Assembly: GCF_902713615.1 (NCBI RefSeq)
Contig: NC_052146.1
Span: 195,071,199 to 195,135,198 of the forward strand
Source: Scyliorhinus canicula
Taxonomy: Eukaryota
Reading direction: 5' to 3'
DNA length: 64,000 nucleotides
Shown: one piece after another, positions 36,176-48,520 of the stretch
How positions within the stretch are numbered: position 1 is the stretch's first letter
Layout of the letters: each line of letters begins with the position of its first letter
Notes under the pieces: generated by a model
Database searches by the model: none
What the model was told of the DNA's origin: nothing
What the model saw: only the letters and a program-made list of their open reading frames with translations
Program-made: the position numbers and the translations under genes

Positions 36176-37190
36176 GCTGTTGAATCTACTTATTAAAACA
36201 AACGTGCAAGTACTTCAGTCAGCTCTTCCCAAGACCAAGGCTTCAGTGTAAAAGCAGCTTAAGTTGGGGGCAGTTAGCCCAGATGATGTGCTCAGGTCTC
36301 TGAAATGGGACTTGCATGCACAACCTTCTGAATCTGAAGCTCGAGTGTTACCAGGTGTGGAATTGGTTTTCTCTTGAGGCACGTGATGTGAATGCTGCAA
36401 GCATTCTTTTGTGTTTTACATGCTGTGCCCTTGTGTGGTGAAATTCAGGGAGCTTCCACCATCATGAGGGTTCTGTGACACTATTATATCATTTTACTAG
36501 TTTTGGAATTGCTGATTATATAGATTCTTTTTAGTAGAGGGGAGAATTAGCATAATTTTGAAAAGTCACCGTTACACTTTAGGATCAGAGGTAGTGGTGA
36601 AGATCTCTTGGCCTTGTCTTACTAGACTACTATTGGCTGTAAACCTCTGGGCTCCACAGCTGGAGAACTCCCTTTTACTGCTCTGTTGTTAATTTCAGCT
36701 GCTCCCTGCTCAATAGGCTACACCAGCTGTAGGTGCTTAGCCTCTGACACAGGGCAGTATTGTCACAGACAGGCTCTGTGCTGTTTTCCACGCCTGCAAC
36801 ATTACTTGTCACAAATGCACTCCTCCCAAACCAGCTGCACCTGGTTCCCAGGACAGTTTTGAGAAGGAAATTCATCCTGTTGTCCACTGCCTTTGCTCTC
36901 TTGTCCATTGGAAGCTGATTTAAGTAACCCATTTGTGCAAAGCACCATGTCTTGTTCTGAATCCTCTGTTGACCGACAGGAGAACAGCAGAAAGGAAAAG
37001 TATAAATATGTCTCTTGTTTTGCCATTGCATGCCCAAGACCACAGTGAGATGTGTAGAACCTCAGACGCATATGTAAAGGGACCTTTTGCATCCTACATG
37101 CTCGCATGATAAATTGAAACTTAATATTATTTATTTTCTACCTACTCCTGATATTTATTGATCTTTGCATACTTTTTTTCCCTAATGCAG

Positions 37191-37982
37191 GTGGAAGATG
37201 ATGTGGGCAGTGAAATGAAAATCCTAAGAGGACACTGTGGGCCTGTATATGGCACCAAATTCCTTTCTGATAATTCGGGACTTTTGTCATGTTCGGAAGA
37301 CACAACAGTCCGTTACTGGGATTTGTGCAGTTTCAAGAACACTGGTTTGTACCAAGGCCATTCTTATCCAGTCTGGGATGTCGATATTAGTCCCTTGAGC
37401 CTTTACTTTGTAAGTGGATCACATGATCGGACAGCAAGACTTTGGGCACTTGACAGAACGTACCCATTACGCATTTATGCGGGTCACTTAGCGGATGTAG
37501 ACTGTGTCAAGTTCCACCCGAACTCTAACTACATAGCCACAGGCTCAATAGATAAAACTGTGCGCCTGTGGAGTACACAGCAAGGGAATACTGTACGTCT
37601 CTTCACGGGACATCGTGGACCTGTGTTGGCATTGGCTTTCTCTCCGAATGGGAAGTACTTGGCTTCAGCAGGTGAAGATCAGCGACTGAAGTTGTGGGAC
37701 CTTGCATCGGGTACTTTATTCAAAGAGCTGAGAGGGCATACTGACCACATAACTAACCTTGCATTTAGCCCAGATAGCAGTTTGATTGTTTCTGCATCCA
37801 TTGATAATTCGGTTCGTGTCTGGGATATTCGTAACGCCTACGCAAATTCATTGGTGGATGGTTCTTCCAGTGAGCTGGTGGGCGTATATATGGGACAGAC
37901 CAGTAACCTTTTGAGTGTGCAGTTTATGGCCTGTAATCTGGTGTTGGTTACTGGGGTTGCACAAGAAAAAAAAGAACAATAA
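37191..37982 (+). CDS. TAF5L: TAF5L last coding exon (WD40 propeller, stop at 37982); full CDS 1764 nt = 587 aa
   Basis: atgcAG|GTGGAA acceptor. Successive GH...WD repeats (GHCGPV, GHSYPV, GHLADV, GHRGPV, GHTDHI). Confidence 0.97.
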   Translation: MEDDVGSEMKILRGHCGPVYGTKFLSDNSGLLSCSEDTTVRYWDLCSFKNTGLYQGHSYPVWDVDISPLSLYFVSGSHDRTARLWALDRTYPLRIYAGHLADVDCVKFHPNSNYIATGSIDKTVRLWSTQQGNTVRLFTGHRGPVLALAFSPNGKYLASAGEDQRLKLWDLASGTLFKELRGHTDHITNLAFSPDSSLIVSASIDNSVRVWDIRNAYANSLVDGSSSELVGVYMGQTSNLLSVQFMACNLVLVTGVAQEKKEQ

Positions 37983-39895
37983 GCATCAAAGAACAATTCC
38001 TCCTATTTAATTAGAAACTCCTAAACGTAAGCCATCAAGAGGACCCAGGTGTATCATGAATGTACCTTGTGGCTTGCTTTGGGGAGACATATAGTACCTT
38101 AACAGGCTGGCTTTGATGACATCTTGTTGCTGCCAAACACACCAACTGTTGCACAATCTTCCCAATATTTAGATAGGAAAGAGTGATTCCATGATGCACA
38201 CTGGGACCAATATTGGTGGTTCCTCGCATGTCAACCCTAGGACATCTGTGCTGGGTATCCACGTCACTCAGATTGCAGTCCTCTGCAAATCCACTAGGTG
38301 CAGGAGTTCTGGTCAACACATCACTGTATTGCTATGACATTCAGAACGTGAATCTGGCATCCTTCCGATGTTAACCGCCAATTGTCCACCTGTTGGACAA
38401 ATTATGCCACTCGTACACAATCGGCCGAAATGTGACTAGAACATTCTGGCTGTAATTTATTTTGTCTGATCTTGTGTTCAGAACAAACAAGATCCCATTG
38501 GAAGTTTGAATTCTTCTGTCACACTAGCCAGGTGTTTAATTCTGCAATTTTCTGGAAAATACACTCGCGCGGCAGACATTGATTATGTTTAATCTGAGAA
38601 GTGGTGTATTTGAAATTACGAAAGGTGCTTGAAATTTTGATAAGTACTTCAGCATACAGCCCCAAGCCTGCATAAAACAAAATGAACCTTCTGCTCAGTC
38701 TCCAGGAAAGCAATCAACATACATTTTTGTTAAACTGCGTATTAAACTCTGTTTTGCACAGTGAGACACTGAATTGAGTGCTGTTTTCCAAATGCAGTTT
38801 AGTTTCTGAATACAATGTCAGTTGCTAATTACGATTTTTAAGAGTAATCAAGATGTTGTATTTGGAAGAAATCTCAGTTCAATCGCAACACCGAGACAAA
38901 GATAAAATTTAATTTTTTAGCGATATATATTTGCTTTCCCCATTGGCTTTGACAAGGTATCAAGACTCAAGTGGAATCTTCAAGTAAAGCAAAGTTAGGT
39001 GGTGGAAAATAATTAGATATATCAGATGTAATTTACCCTCTCCCTCTCTCAACGTTGTAAATCATGCACTTACTATTGTATTCCCATAATTAATTTCTGC
39101 ATCCATATTTGGAATGGAGATCCAGCAGACTGGGATTGAACCTTTCCACCTGTGGTGATGCTGCACTGCTACTTGGAGGACGGAAATCACAACCTTGCAT
39201 ATACTGGTGAGATGGTGGCACAATGATCGTGTCACTGGACCAGTAATCCAGAAGCTCAGGCTAATACCCTGGGAACACGGGTTCAAATCCCAAAATGGTG
39301 CAATTTAAATTCAATTAATAAAATCTGCAATTGAAAGCTAGTCTCGGTGATGGTGACAATGAAACTGCCGAATTGTCCTTTAGGGAAGGAAGTCTGTTAT
39401 CCTTCCCCTTTGACTCCAGGCCCACAGCTGTTAACTGCCCTCTGAAATGGCCTCACAAGCCACTCCATTTACGGACAATTAGGGTTAGGCCCCTAATGCT
39501 GGCCTTGCCGGCGACTGCCACATTCCATGAAAAATTCATTTAAAAAAAGAAAGGCTTGCATACTTTATATTATAAACATTGGATTTTAGGATGGGCAATG
39601 TTGAGAGGAAGTTTTATTTATATGATATATAACAGACATGTCCGAATCCAAAATGTGTGCCATATAAGTAATTTTGATGTGCAGTCTTTAAGTAGTCTAA
39701 ACAAACACCACTGAGTGGTCTTAGCTTCTCATGAATGGGTTTGATATGCGTTACATTGCATAGACCAGGGTTAATAGTTGCACACGACTGTTTAATTCAA
39801 ATGCATTCCATTTTAATTATTAACTTTTTACATGAAACAAAAATTAAGTTGCTGAATTTTTTGTGTAATACCATGAGCTGAAGGGCTGGAATTCG

Positions 39896-39959
39896 CACTA
39901 TGTCTTATGTCAGGTTTAATGGACCCACTATGTCTTATGTCAGGTTTAATGGACCCACT
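39896..39959 (+). repeat. Perfect 30-bp tandem duplication
   Basis: CACTATGTCTTATGTCAGGTTTAATGGACC x2 + CACT. Confidence 0.95.
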
Positions 39960-40127
39960 TCCTGCAAGCTAAAACTGCGAATGTACTTTTTAAAAATATC
40001 TTCATCTGTAGTTTGGGAGAACGCCATGCTGGTAATTATATAAAGACAGTACAAGAAAGAAAGAAAGACTTGCCTCGTGACCACTGGATGTCCCAAAGTG
40101 CTTTACAGCCCAGGAAGTACTTTCAAA

Positions 40128-40286
40128 GTTGAAACAGAAAATGCTGGAAGGACTCCGTACTACTCGCCTGAAAGATCTAGATTTGAAACGTTAACTCTGT
40201 TTCTCTCTCCACAGATGCTGCCAGACCTGCTGTGTATTTCTAACCTTTTCTGTTTTTATTTCAGATTTTCAACATCTGCAGTATTT
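40128..40286 (+). mobile_element. Short Penelope-type terminal fragment with inverted head, inserted in a DeuSINE
   Basis: GAAACGTTAACT at 40185-40196; head gaaacagaaaatgctggaa is roughly complementary to 40238-40258. Confidence 0.6.
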
Positions 40287-40325
40287 TAAGTGCCTTTTTG
40301 AATTGTGGTCATTGATGTAATTTAG

Positions 40326-40565
40326 AGGGCAGCATGGTGGCCTAGTGGTTAGCACAACCGCCTCATGGCGCTGAGGTCCCAGGTTCGATCCCGGCTCTGG
40401 GTCACTGTCCGTGTGGAGTTTGCACGTTCTCCCCGTGTCTGCGTGGGGTTTTGCCCCCACAACCCAAAAATGTGCAGAGTAGGTGGATTGGCCATGCTAA
40501 ATTGCCCCTTAATTGGAAAAAATAATTGGCTAATCTAAATTTTTTTTAAAAAGAGAGAAAAAAAA
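40326..40565 (+). mobile_element. Short HE1-type V-SINE inserted in a DeuSINE
   Basis: Perfect 15-bp TSD ATTGATGTAATTTAG. Confidence 0.92.
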
Positions 40566-41229
40566 ATTGATGTAATTTAGGAAATGTGGAAGCCAGTCTG
40601 TACACAAATTCCCAACAGCAATGCGATGATGACCAGATAATCTGGTTTTGGCCGAGACACCGAAGATAATGTCCCTCTGCGCTTCTTTAAAATAGTGCCA
40701 TGGGATCTTTTACATCCACCGGACATCGAGCATGGGGCTTTGGTTTAACGTCTTGTCCAAAAGAGAGTACTGGCCTGGAGTGTCAGTCTAGATTTTTGTT
40801 CTCCAGTCCTAGATTGGGAATTGAGCCCATAACGTTCAGCTCCAGAGGCAACAGTGCTCTTGGCTCAGCCACAGGTGATACTTGAACATCTTAAATCTTT
40901 ATCAAATCTCCATTTCTTTGGTTAAAGTCAAGAGATAATGAGCTCTGAATTGGGCAAGAAGAATGTAATATAGCCCATGACCTATCTGCCGTCAGGAATG
41001 CTGGAACTGAGAAGGGTAACACGGGCTGGGGATCTAGCCCTCTCTTTAAGATTGCCTTTCTTTTGAAAGTTAGGATTGCTAATCAAGCTTTATTAAATCA
41101 GATCAAAGATTACTGTTCAACCTTGCCACAGAAAATTGTGAAGATTAAGTTTGAAATGGCGTCAGCAGTATCAGTTCCACTTTGCGTTACGAAGTACAGA
41201 TTCCCACTAACATTTTCAATGTATTTCGG

Positions 41230-41866
41230 TCATGGCTCAGTGGCACCATGAGAGTGCTGCGTTGTCTAAGGTACTGTCTTTCAAATGTGATAACAAGAAG
41301 AGAGTCTGCCCTCCGGGGTAGATGTGACATTCAATGGCACAATTTGAGAAGAGTCAAGATGCTCTCCCCAGTGTCCTGGTCAATCTTTTTCCAATAATCG
41401 ACACCTACATACAAATAATCTCATCTCTGTAGAAGACACGAATAACATCCCATAAATACTTTCTAAATCAAGAGGTGGAAAGGAGAGCCGAAGTTTGAAT
41501 GATTATGATCACCAGGGAAAGGCTGACAGGTCCTCAAGGGCATCGTCTTAGGGTCTTAAAAGAAGTGGCTGCAGAGACAGTAGATGCATCGGTTGTAATT
41601 TTCCAAATTGCCCACAATTTCAGAAAGTTGAGTTGAGGCCATAAGAAAGTCAGCCATGACCTTATCAAAGGATGGAGCAGGCTTGAGGTTGCTGCTGCTG
41701 CTAATTTGTATGGTATTATCACAGTGCTGCTGTGAAAATTAATGTGCAGTATGAAAATTAATTGCTTCATTTCCCACATCCGTGACTACACAGTATTTCA
41801 TCTGTGTAGCATTTTGTAACATGTTGAGATTGTGTAAAGCACTATATAAATGCAGCTATTTCTTTC
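41230..41866 (+). mobile_element. Degenerate DeuSINE split by a CR1 fragment (41440-41710)
   Basis: Deu core remnants; tail gcactatataaatgcag. Confidence 0.6.
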
Positions 41867-42350
41867 AAACCGTTCCTATCAAAGAAAACATTTACTGTGA
41901 CAATTTGTTTTTGAAAAGTATCTGCCTTTTCTTGCAGACTGTCTTTGGCTTTTCTAAGAACGATCTCCATACACTTGTATGTAAAAAGTACACTTCTCAA
42001 TTCATTTCTCACGACATGGATGTTGCCGGCAAGAAGAAAATTTATTGCACAGCCCTTTTCGCTTTAAGAGGTGGCGATTCATCTGTGTGGCTTGTTAGGC
42101 CATTTCAGAAAACAGTTAAGAGTCAACCACTTTGAGGGATTGGAATACCACGAGCCAGACCAGATACATACAGCAGGTTTCCATCTCTAAAGGAGATTAG
42201 TCAGACAGTTGGATTATTATGATAATCCATCAGCGTCAAGCTCCCATTTACAGATACCAGCTTTTTTATTTGAATTCTCAAGGTACAGTAATTACCAACA
42301 AGATTTTATTTTTTGTAACTTTCACTTGAATCAAAACTTGAAATGAAAAT

Positions 42351-42500
42351 TGAAAATCGCTTATTGTCACAAGTAGGCTTCAAATGAAATTACTGTGAAA
42401 AGCCCCTAGTCGCCACATTCCGAACAGGTGCTGGAATGTGGAGACTAGGGGCTTTTCACAGTAATTTCATTTGAAGCCTACTTGTGACAAGCGATTTTCA
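42351..42500. repeat. ~70-bp-arm inverted repeat made of a SINE tail
   Basis: Arms 42351-42421 and 42433-42500; 11-nt loop; one mismatch and one 3-nt indel. Confidence 0.95.
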
Positions 42501-42544
42501 TTTCATTATTTAAAAAATATTTCTTATACAAATACAAACATCCA

Positions 42545-43900
42545 CAATACTCTCTGCACAAATGTGGTGCCATGTGCAATCTGTCTTTACAACTCTGCCT
42601 CTGATATATAGGATCTCTCACTTTTCCACCCAATAGATTTGGCCCCTGAGTCATGTTCAGTGACAGTCATATTCCAGCTGAGGTTCCTGGATATAGTTAA
42701 CATGGACAAAGCCCGTATCTGAACCGTCTCACCTGGAATAACGCAAGTCCTAATGGGGTATCTTTTCAGAGATCCTTTGCAACTGATAATACCCAGTTCC
42801 TGATCTGGTCCTCTGATACAAACTCTTAGCTTTTTTTGCATGTAAGCTATCCATACTGCTTTAGGTATTCTGTCCATTGCCTTCTGAAGAGCTGAATTAT
42901 GTTCTTTTTACCACCAATCACAAAACTGATCTTTTTTGGTAGTGGCTCGGCTTGCTGATACATACATGACCAGACTTTGATATGTGTCCTGTTTATAGCA
43001 CTTTGTGTCTGGCTGCATGACTTTTTAATAAATTTAGAGCACCCAATTATTTTTTTCCAATAGCGTTGTGGAAGTGAGACCTATGCAGACACGGGGAGAA
43101 TATGCAAACTCCACAAAGACAGTGACCTAGGGCCAGGATCGAACCCGGGTCCTCAATGCCTTGAGGCAGCAGTGCTAACCACTGCAACTTCATGCGTGCT
43201 GCCCCCTGACCGTCTGACTTTTGTCTTAACTTCATATCTGTTGATAATACTTCCATGTCAAGAGTCTCAAGGTCACGAGGACTACTATCTTATCCAAGAA
43301 ATTTACAATCTATTCAAAATAATTTTCAAACACCCTTATAACAATTGCAGACTCCCCAGACTTTTAAAGAAATTGCAAGTTTTCCTTACAGCAAAGCTTC
43401 GACGTTAAGTGTCATCACAATTCAAATTCTCATATCACGATTTGAACTCATTCTGTACTATTGATCCAGTAAGACGACCACTACACCAACACATGCTTCC
43501 ACAAGACGCTGATTGCTTTGAATCCCTTTACAACTAATGTAAACTCTTCAAAGTCCATTCCATGTATTTGGAACTTGCGCTGCATCATAAATTATCTCAG
43601 AAATTGCTAGTTTCTAGCCAACTTCAGCTCTAGCATTGATGGTCTTACTCCATAATATTCCAAATCTCTTTCGAACCAAATCATAAATTTATCTCTCCTC
43701 ATACTTGTGCTCAGCCTCTCTGAAGGAAATACCATCCCTGTCGATGTTTCACTCCTTTTTGGAAACACTGGTACTCATTTTATGAAGTTAAAGATGGCCT
43801 GTTGTTTCTAGTCTTTGGAAGCATCTCCCATTGTTCAGATTTGTTTTAATCACTGAGGGAGAGAAGGAATCACACCGGTAACATCTTAATGAATGCAACA
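42545..43900 (-). mobile_element. Heavily decayed Gypsy-like gag-protease remnant
   Basis: DSGA aspartic-protease-like motif (EHDSGAKS) in ORF 42587..42877; weak gag-like fragments upstream; many stops. Confidence 0.35.
43022..43206 (-). mobile_element. Short HE1-type V-SINE, internally deleted
   Basis: Head and A-rich tail present; part of the core missing. Confidence 0.8.
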
Positions 43901-44367
43901 TCAATCAATGTGTGTTAAACAAGGGATTATTTCCAAGATCAAGCCCATGAGTGACTCATGGCAATCTCTTGAAATATTGTAATCTTATTGTTATCATTAA
44001 TGCTGTACCACGTTTGTGTGAATTAGACTTTTCGCATGGATTTGGCAAAAGAGCATGAACATGGAGTGGGGAAGTCGCATAGTCATTTAGACAAAGGTAT
44101 ACCGAACGTAGTACACACAAGTGAGATGGTGGAGCTATAAAATCCCAGTTCAGTCCCAAGTTACATGATCTTATTTTTCGCCTCAAAAACCTCTGCAGCC
44201 TCAATTCTCTGCTTTACTGATTGGTCAGCACACTACTGTAACTCAAAATTGGTGTGATGTAGCATTCCGGGATTCTCAACATTATTTTCACGGCTAACTT
44301 TGAGTTGATAAATTTTTTTTAAAAATGCATCTTTTGATGACCATTCCAATTCCCCGTGCCACCACCA

Positions 44368-44535
44368 GGGGCTGGTTTAGCGCACTGGGCTAAATCGCTG
44401 GCTTTTAAAGCAGGCCAGCAGCACGGTTCGATTCCTGTACCAGCCTCCCCGGACAGGTGCCGGAATGTGGCGACTAGGGGCTTTTCACAATAACTTCATT
44501 GAAGCCTACTCGTGACAATAAGCGATTTTCATGTC
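44368..44535 (+). mobile_element. Different tRNA-headed SINE sharing the cttttcac...gtgacaataa tail
   Basis: gggctggtttagc (A box) and ggttcgattcc (B box). Confidence 0.78.
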
Positions 44536-45379
44536 ATTCTTGGTCACACTTTCCGTCCGGTGTGAGCTTACTTCCTCGGTAACAAAGTTTGTCTGTCAAA
44601 GTTTCATCTTCTATGTGTACTTTTACCTTTTCTGGTCTCTAATCTTGCCCAAAACGCAAATTCGAATTCACAAAGTGCTGCAGTGGTGAATTCACGTTTC
44701 TGTGGAGTGTGGTGGGCCCGAGGCAGGAATGAGTCTTGCACATTGGGAGCACCTCCAGGGGCTGGGAATCCAGGACTTTTGTGTCTGCACTGCTTGGTTC
44801 CACGTTGGCTTCCGTAATTAGAATCGGCATCGCCACATCATAAGGAATTAGTGGAATGGGGCTGATGGAATGCTTGACCTGAAAAGAATGCAGCTGTTCA
44901 GCCCCTTGACCTGTTACACAGGAACAGGCGGCCATTTGATTTCTCAGCTTATTTTTAAATTTTATTTTTTTTAAATTACTTTATCAGAGTTACAAAGCCA
45001 GAGTTCAGTGTGGACAGGGGCAAACCCCTAATCCAGCTCCCTGCATGCTCCAAAAACCAATTCAAATTGAATCAAATCCAAGAGAGACCTACAAGATCCA
45101 GACATTACACCTGACATCATGCTCAGAGCCCTTTGCCTGGTTACATTTATATAGGAGGCTAATCAGTCATTTTCTTTAAATATAGAAATATGGGGGGGGC
45201 ATTCCGCCCCTTGACCTGTTACATAGGAATACATTGCAGAAGGAAAACGTGGGAAACTTTTTTTAAAGTAAAATAAATCATGGGCTATTAATTCTGCAAA
45301 TGCAGTAAACTTGTATTGTGGAAGAAGTAATTACTTCGATGATTTGAAAAGGGAAGCCACTTAAGGGAAATAACTGCTG

Positions 45380-46200
45380 GTTTCAGGAGTCCAGGCAGCG
45401 GCGGGAAGATGGAGTAGAACAGAGGGAGGGAGGACCGGATGGAGGGGACGCTGAGGCGGTGGAGGGAGCGGGCAGAGGACGTGCTGCAGTGGGTGTACCG
45501 GACGGAGGGGTCGCTGCGGCGGGAGGACCGGGCGGAGGGGGTGTTGCAGTTGGAGGACCAAGCAGAGGGGGCGCAGCGGCGGGAGGATTGAGGTGCAGTG
45601 GGAGGAGTGAGCACCGCGGTGGGTGTGCCACTGGGCCGCGTACCCACCACCCTGGAAGCGCTGTTGAGAGCGGAGGGTGGTAAGGTGGTAGCCTCTTTAA
45701 ACACTTAATCTTCGGGTCGATCGAGCGTGAAACCCAAGACCTTTGAACCGGAACTCGAGTTGGAATTGCCTCGGCAGGAAGCGCGGATATTGAACTGGGG
45801 AAGACCCGAGGGGAGGTTGCACGCCCGAGGGCAAAGGGGCGAAGTTCAGCGAAAAGGGGCGGGGCCGGTTGCCCGAGGAATTGACTCCCAAAGGAGTTTG
45901 CTGATGGGGCAGGGACAGGGGTGAGTTCAGTGCGGAGGGGGCGTGGACAGGGGCGGGGTCTGTGCGGAGGGGACGTGTAGGGGCGGGGTCTGTGCTGAGG
46001 GCGTGGATAGGGGTGGGGCCCGTGCTGAGGGGGCGGGGCTTATTCAGGTGGGGTGGGGCGAGGCTAAGTGGGTGTGTCCTCCAGTCTCGGGCACCGTGCT
46101 TAGGGGGCGTGGACGATCCCTTGGGGGCGTGGCTGACTGCTCTTGGTCACGTGCTGTCAGTATGACCCTGAAGGACATTGCCCGCTGGAATGTCAGGGTT
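45380..46200. promoter_or_regulatory. CpG-island promoter of SMIM26 with clustered GC boxes and an E-box
   Basis: GC/CpG-rich. GGGGCGGGG at 45856, 45950, 45980 and 46030; GTCACGTG at 46146-46153; candidate UTR donor GG|GTGAGT at 45921. Confidence 0.75.
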
Positions 46201-46312
46201 TCCCTGGTTTATGCGATTGGCATCTGGACAATGCTCGGCACTTATGGCTTCTTCCACCTGAAGAAGAAGCGAGAAGAAGCGAGCAATGGAAGCAGCGCCA
46301 AGGAAACAACAG
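46162..46312 (+). CDS. SMIM26: SMIM26 (small integral membrane protein 26, mitochondrial microprotein) coding exon 1
   Basis: MTLKDIARWNVRVSLVYAIGIWTMLGTYGFFHL: one TM helix with the W-x-x-R-x-S-x-VY-x-IG-x-W-x-x-LG pattern of SMIM26. Donor ACAG|GTAAAA, phase 1. Confidence 0.85.
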
Positions 46313-46439
46313 GTAAAAGTACCGCGTGCAAAATAAACCTTACCCTGTGTATAATTACCGGTGGCCTGATAGTGTGGTGTGGAGCCTGATTCAAATTGAG
46401 GTGTTGAAAATGGAATTGGATTTTTAAAAATGTATTGGA

Positions 46440-47022
46440 GTTTTTCATTTATTTTTTACTTTTAAATTTAGAGTACCCAATTATTTTTATCTAATTAAGG
46501 GGCAATTTAGCATGTCCAATTCTCCCCCCCCCCCCCACATCTTTTTTGGGTTGTGGGGGTGAGACCCATGCAAACACGGGGCAAACTGTAAGTTCTGTGA
46601 AACTAATGGAATGAATCATTCATCTATTAACTTCTCTTGGGCAGCATGGTAGCACAAGTGGATAGCACTGTGGCTTCACAGCGCCAGGGTCCCAGGTTCG
46701 ATTCCCTGCTGGGTCACTGTCTGTGCGGAGTCTGCACGTTCTCCCCGTGTCTGCGTGGGTTTCCTCCGGGTGCTGCGTTTTCCTCCCACAGTTCAAAGAC
46801 GTGCAGGTTAGGTGGATTGGCCATGATAAATTGCCCTTAGTGACTAAAAAGTTAGGAGGGGTTATTGGGTTACGGGGATAGGATGGAAGTGAGCGCTTAA
46901 GTGGGTCGGTGCAGACTCGATGGGCCAAATGGCCTCCTTCTGCACTGTATGTTCTGAATGTGCAAACTCCACACGGACAATGACTTGTAGCCGGGATTGA
47001 ACCCGACCCTCGGCGCTGTGAG
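46440..47022. mobile_element. Nested SINEs: long V-SINE (+, 46639-46955) between two halves of a short V-SINE (-)
   Basis: 46440-46590 and 46957-47022 are consecutive parts of the short consensus. Confidence 0.82.
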
Positions 47023-47987
47023 GTGAGTTTTTAATTTATGACAGGTAAGTCTAATCATCATACAGTTCAATTCTCCAGTTGCATTAATCATAACTGAGGT
47101 TATAAATAATTTGCACCCTTTTACTATTTGTGTGGTCAAAATTTACACGAGTGTTATCAAACAAAAACAGATAAAGGAAAAAATATGACAAAAAAGATAA
47201 GTGATCTATTTACCTTGCTGTGACCAGCTTAGTGTAGGTATAGACCCTTTGTAGCCTGAGGAGCTGTTGTGCAGTTTTCTCCTCCTCACTGTAGTGTGGG
47301 TGTTCCCTCTTCCTCACCTGTCCCTCGTCACCTACTTTGTCTCTTAGATTGTTTCCCCCCACCACCACTGCTGGTTCACGAGCAGGTCTTCAAAGAAGCT
47401 GGTTAATTGTTTCCATGTGTGATGAAACCCTCTGATACCCCAATAGCAAATTTTATTCTTTCTAGTTTTAGAAACTCTGCTCGGTCGGATAGCCAGTCTG
47501 ATGTTCTGGGTAGTGCTGCCGACTTCCATCCAAGCAGAAGTCTCTGCCGGGCAATCAGAAAGGTGAATGCCAGGGCGTCGACCTCCCTCCCCACAAAGAG
47601 TTCTGGGTGCTCCATAACCCGGAGACTGCCACTAATGGGCATGGCTCTATCTTCACCCAAACCACTCTGGACATGACCTTGAAGAAGACGGTCCAGAACC
47701 CGATTGAGTTTGGGGCAGGACCAGAGCATATGGGTGTGGTTGGCCGGATCCCCCTGACAAGGCTCGCACTTATCCTCCACCTCCGGGAAAAATCCACTCA
47801 TGGTTAGGTGTGCTCTGTGCACCACCTTTAGTTGTGTTAGGCTTAGCTCTGAGCATGAGGAGGTGAAGTTTCCCCAGTGCAGACCTTCGATCCAGAGTTC
47901 TCCCCCTGTCCCCATGCCCATTTCCTACCCCCATCTCTCTCGCGTCTCTCCACTGGGGCCCTAACCTCTTCTAACAATTGTCCGTAA

Positions 47988-48219
47988 AGGGGGCGGCACG
48001 TGGCATAGTGGTTAATACTGCTGCTTATGGCACTGAGGACCCGGGTTTGAATCCCGGCTCTGGGTCGCTGTCCGTGTGGAGTTTGCACATTCTCCCCGTG
48101 TCTGCGTGGGTTTCACCCCACAACCCAAAGATGTGCAGGTTAGGTGGATTGGCCACACTAAAATTGTCCCTTAATTGGAAAAAGTAATTGGGTACTCTCA
48201 ATTTATTTTAAAAAAAACA
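47988..48219 (+). mobile_element. Short HE1-type V-SINE inserted in the old L1
   Basis: Consensus match; flanked by tccgta. Confidence 0.88.
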
Positions 48220-48520
48220 TCCGTATATAGAACATACAGTTATGTCGCCACATTTACCATCCCCTAGCATGTCTGGCGTTAGTAGTCTGTTTGGGTATGT
48301 CCAGGTATCCGGGGGAACGGCGTGGTGTCCTTGCGGAGGAAGTCTCGCACCCGCAGGTACCGAAGATCATTTTCTTTCGGGAGCTGGAGCTTCTTCGTTA
48401 TCTCCCCCAGCATTGCTACTCTGCAATCCGTATACATGTCTCTTAGTCAATACCCCTCTATCCTCTTCCCACGTTTTCGAGTTACTGAGATAAATTTGCG
48501 GTTCCTGCAGATGAGGTTGC

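Larger units (their letters stand above)
40055..40882 (-). mobile_element. DeuSINE split by a Penelope-type piece and a V-SINE
   Basis: aaatagtgccatgggatcttttacatccacc is the reverse-complement Deu core. Confidence 0.72.

Noticed and set aside
17009-37190. Intronic box C/D snoRNAs in TAF5L (and URB2)
   Set aside because: The TGATGA words I found lacked a suitably spaced CTGA with terminal stem, or lay inside repeats.
37983-39330. TAF5L poly(A) site
   Set aside because: ATTAAA at 38741 is a candidate and the nearest AATAAA I saw (~39317) is inside a SINE; cannot be assigned without 3'-end data.
44368-44445. tRNA gene candidates (A/B boxes here and in many SINE heads)
   Set aside because: They run directly into SINE bodies and I could not fold a complete cloverleaf; tRNAscan-SE would settle it.
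45943-46161. In-frame N-terminal extension of SMIM26 (148-aa ORF)
   Set aside because: Starts at GTG and runs through GC-box repeats; homology begins at ATG 46162, which has an AG acceptor-like site just before it.
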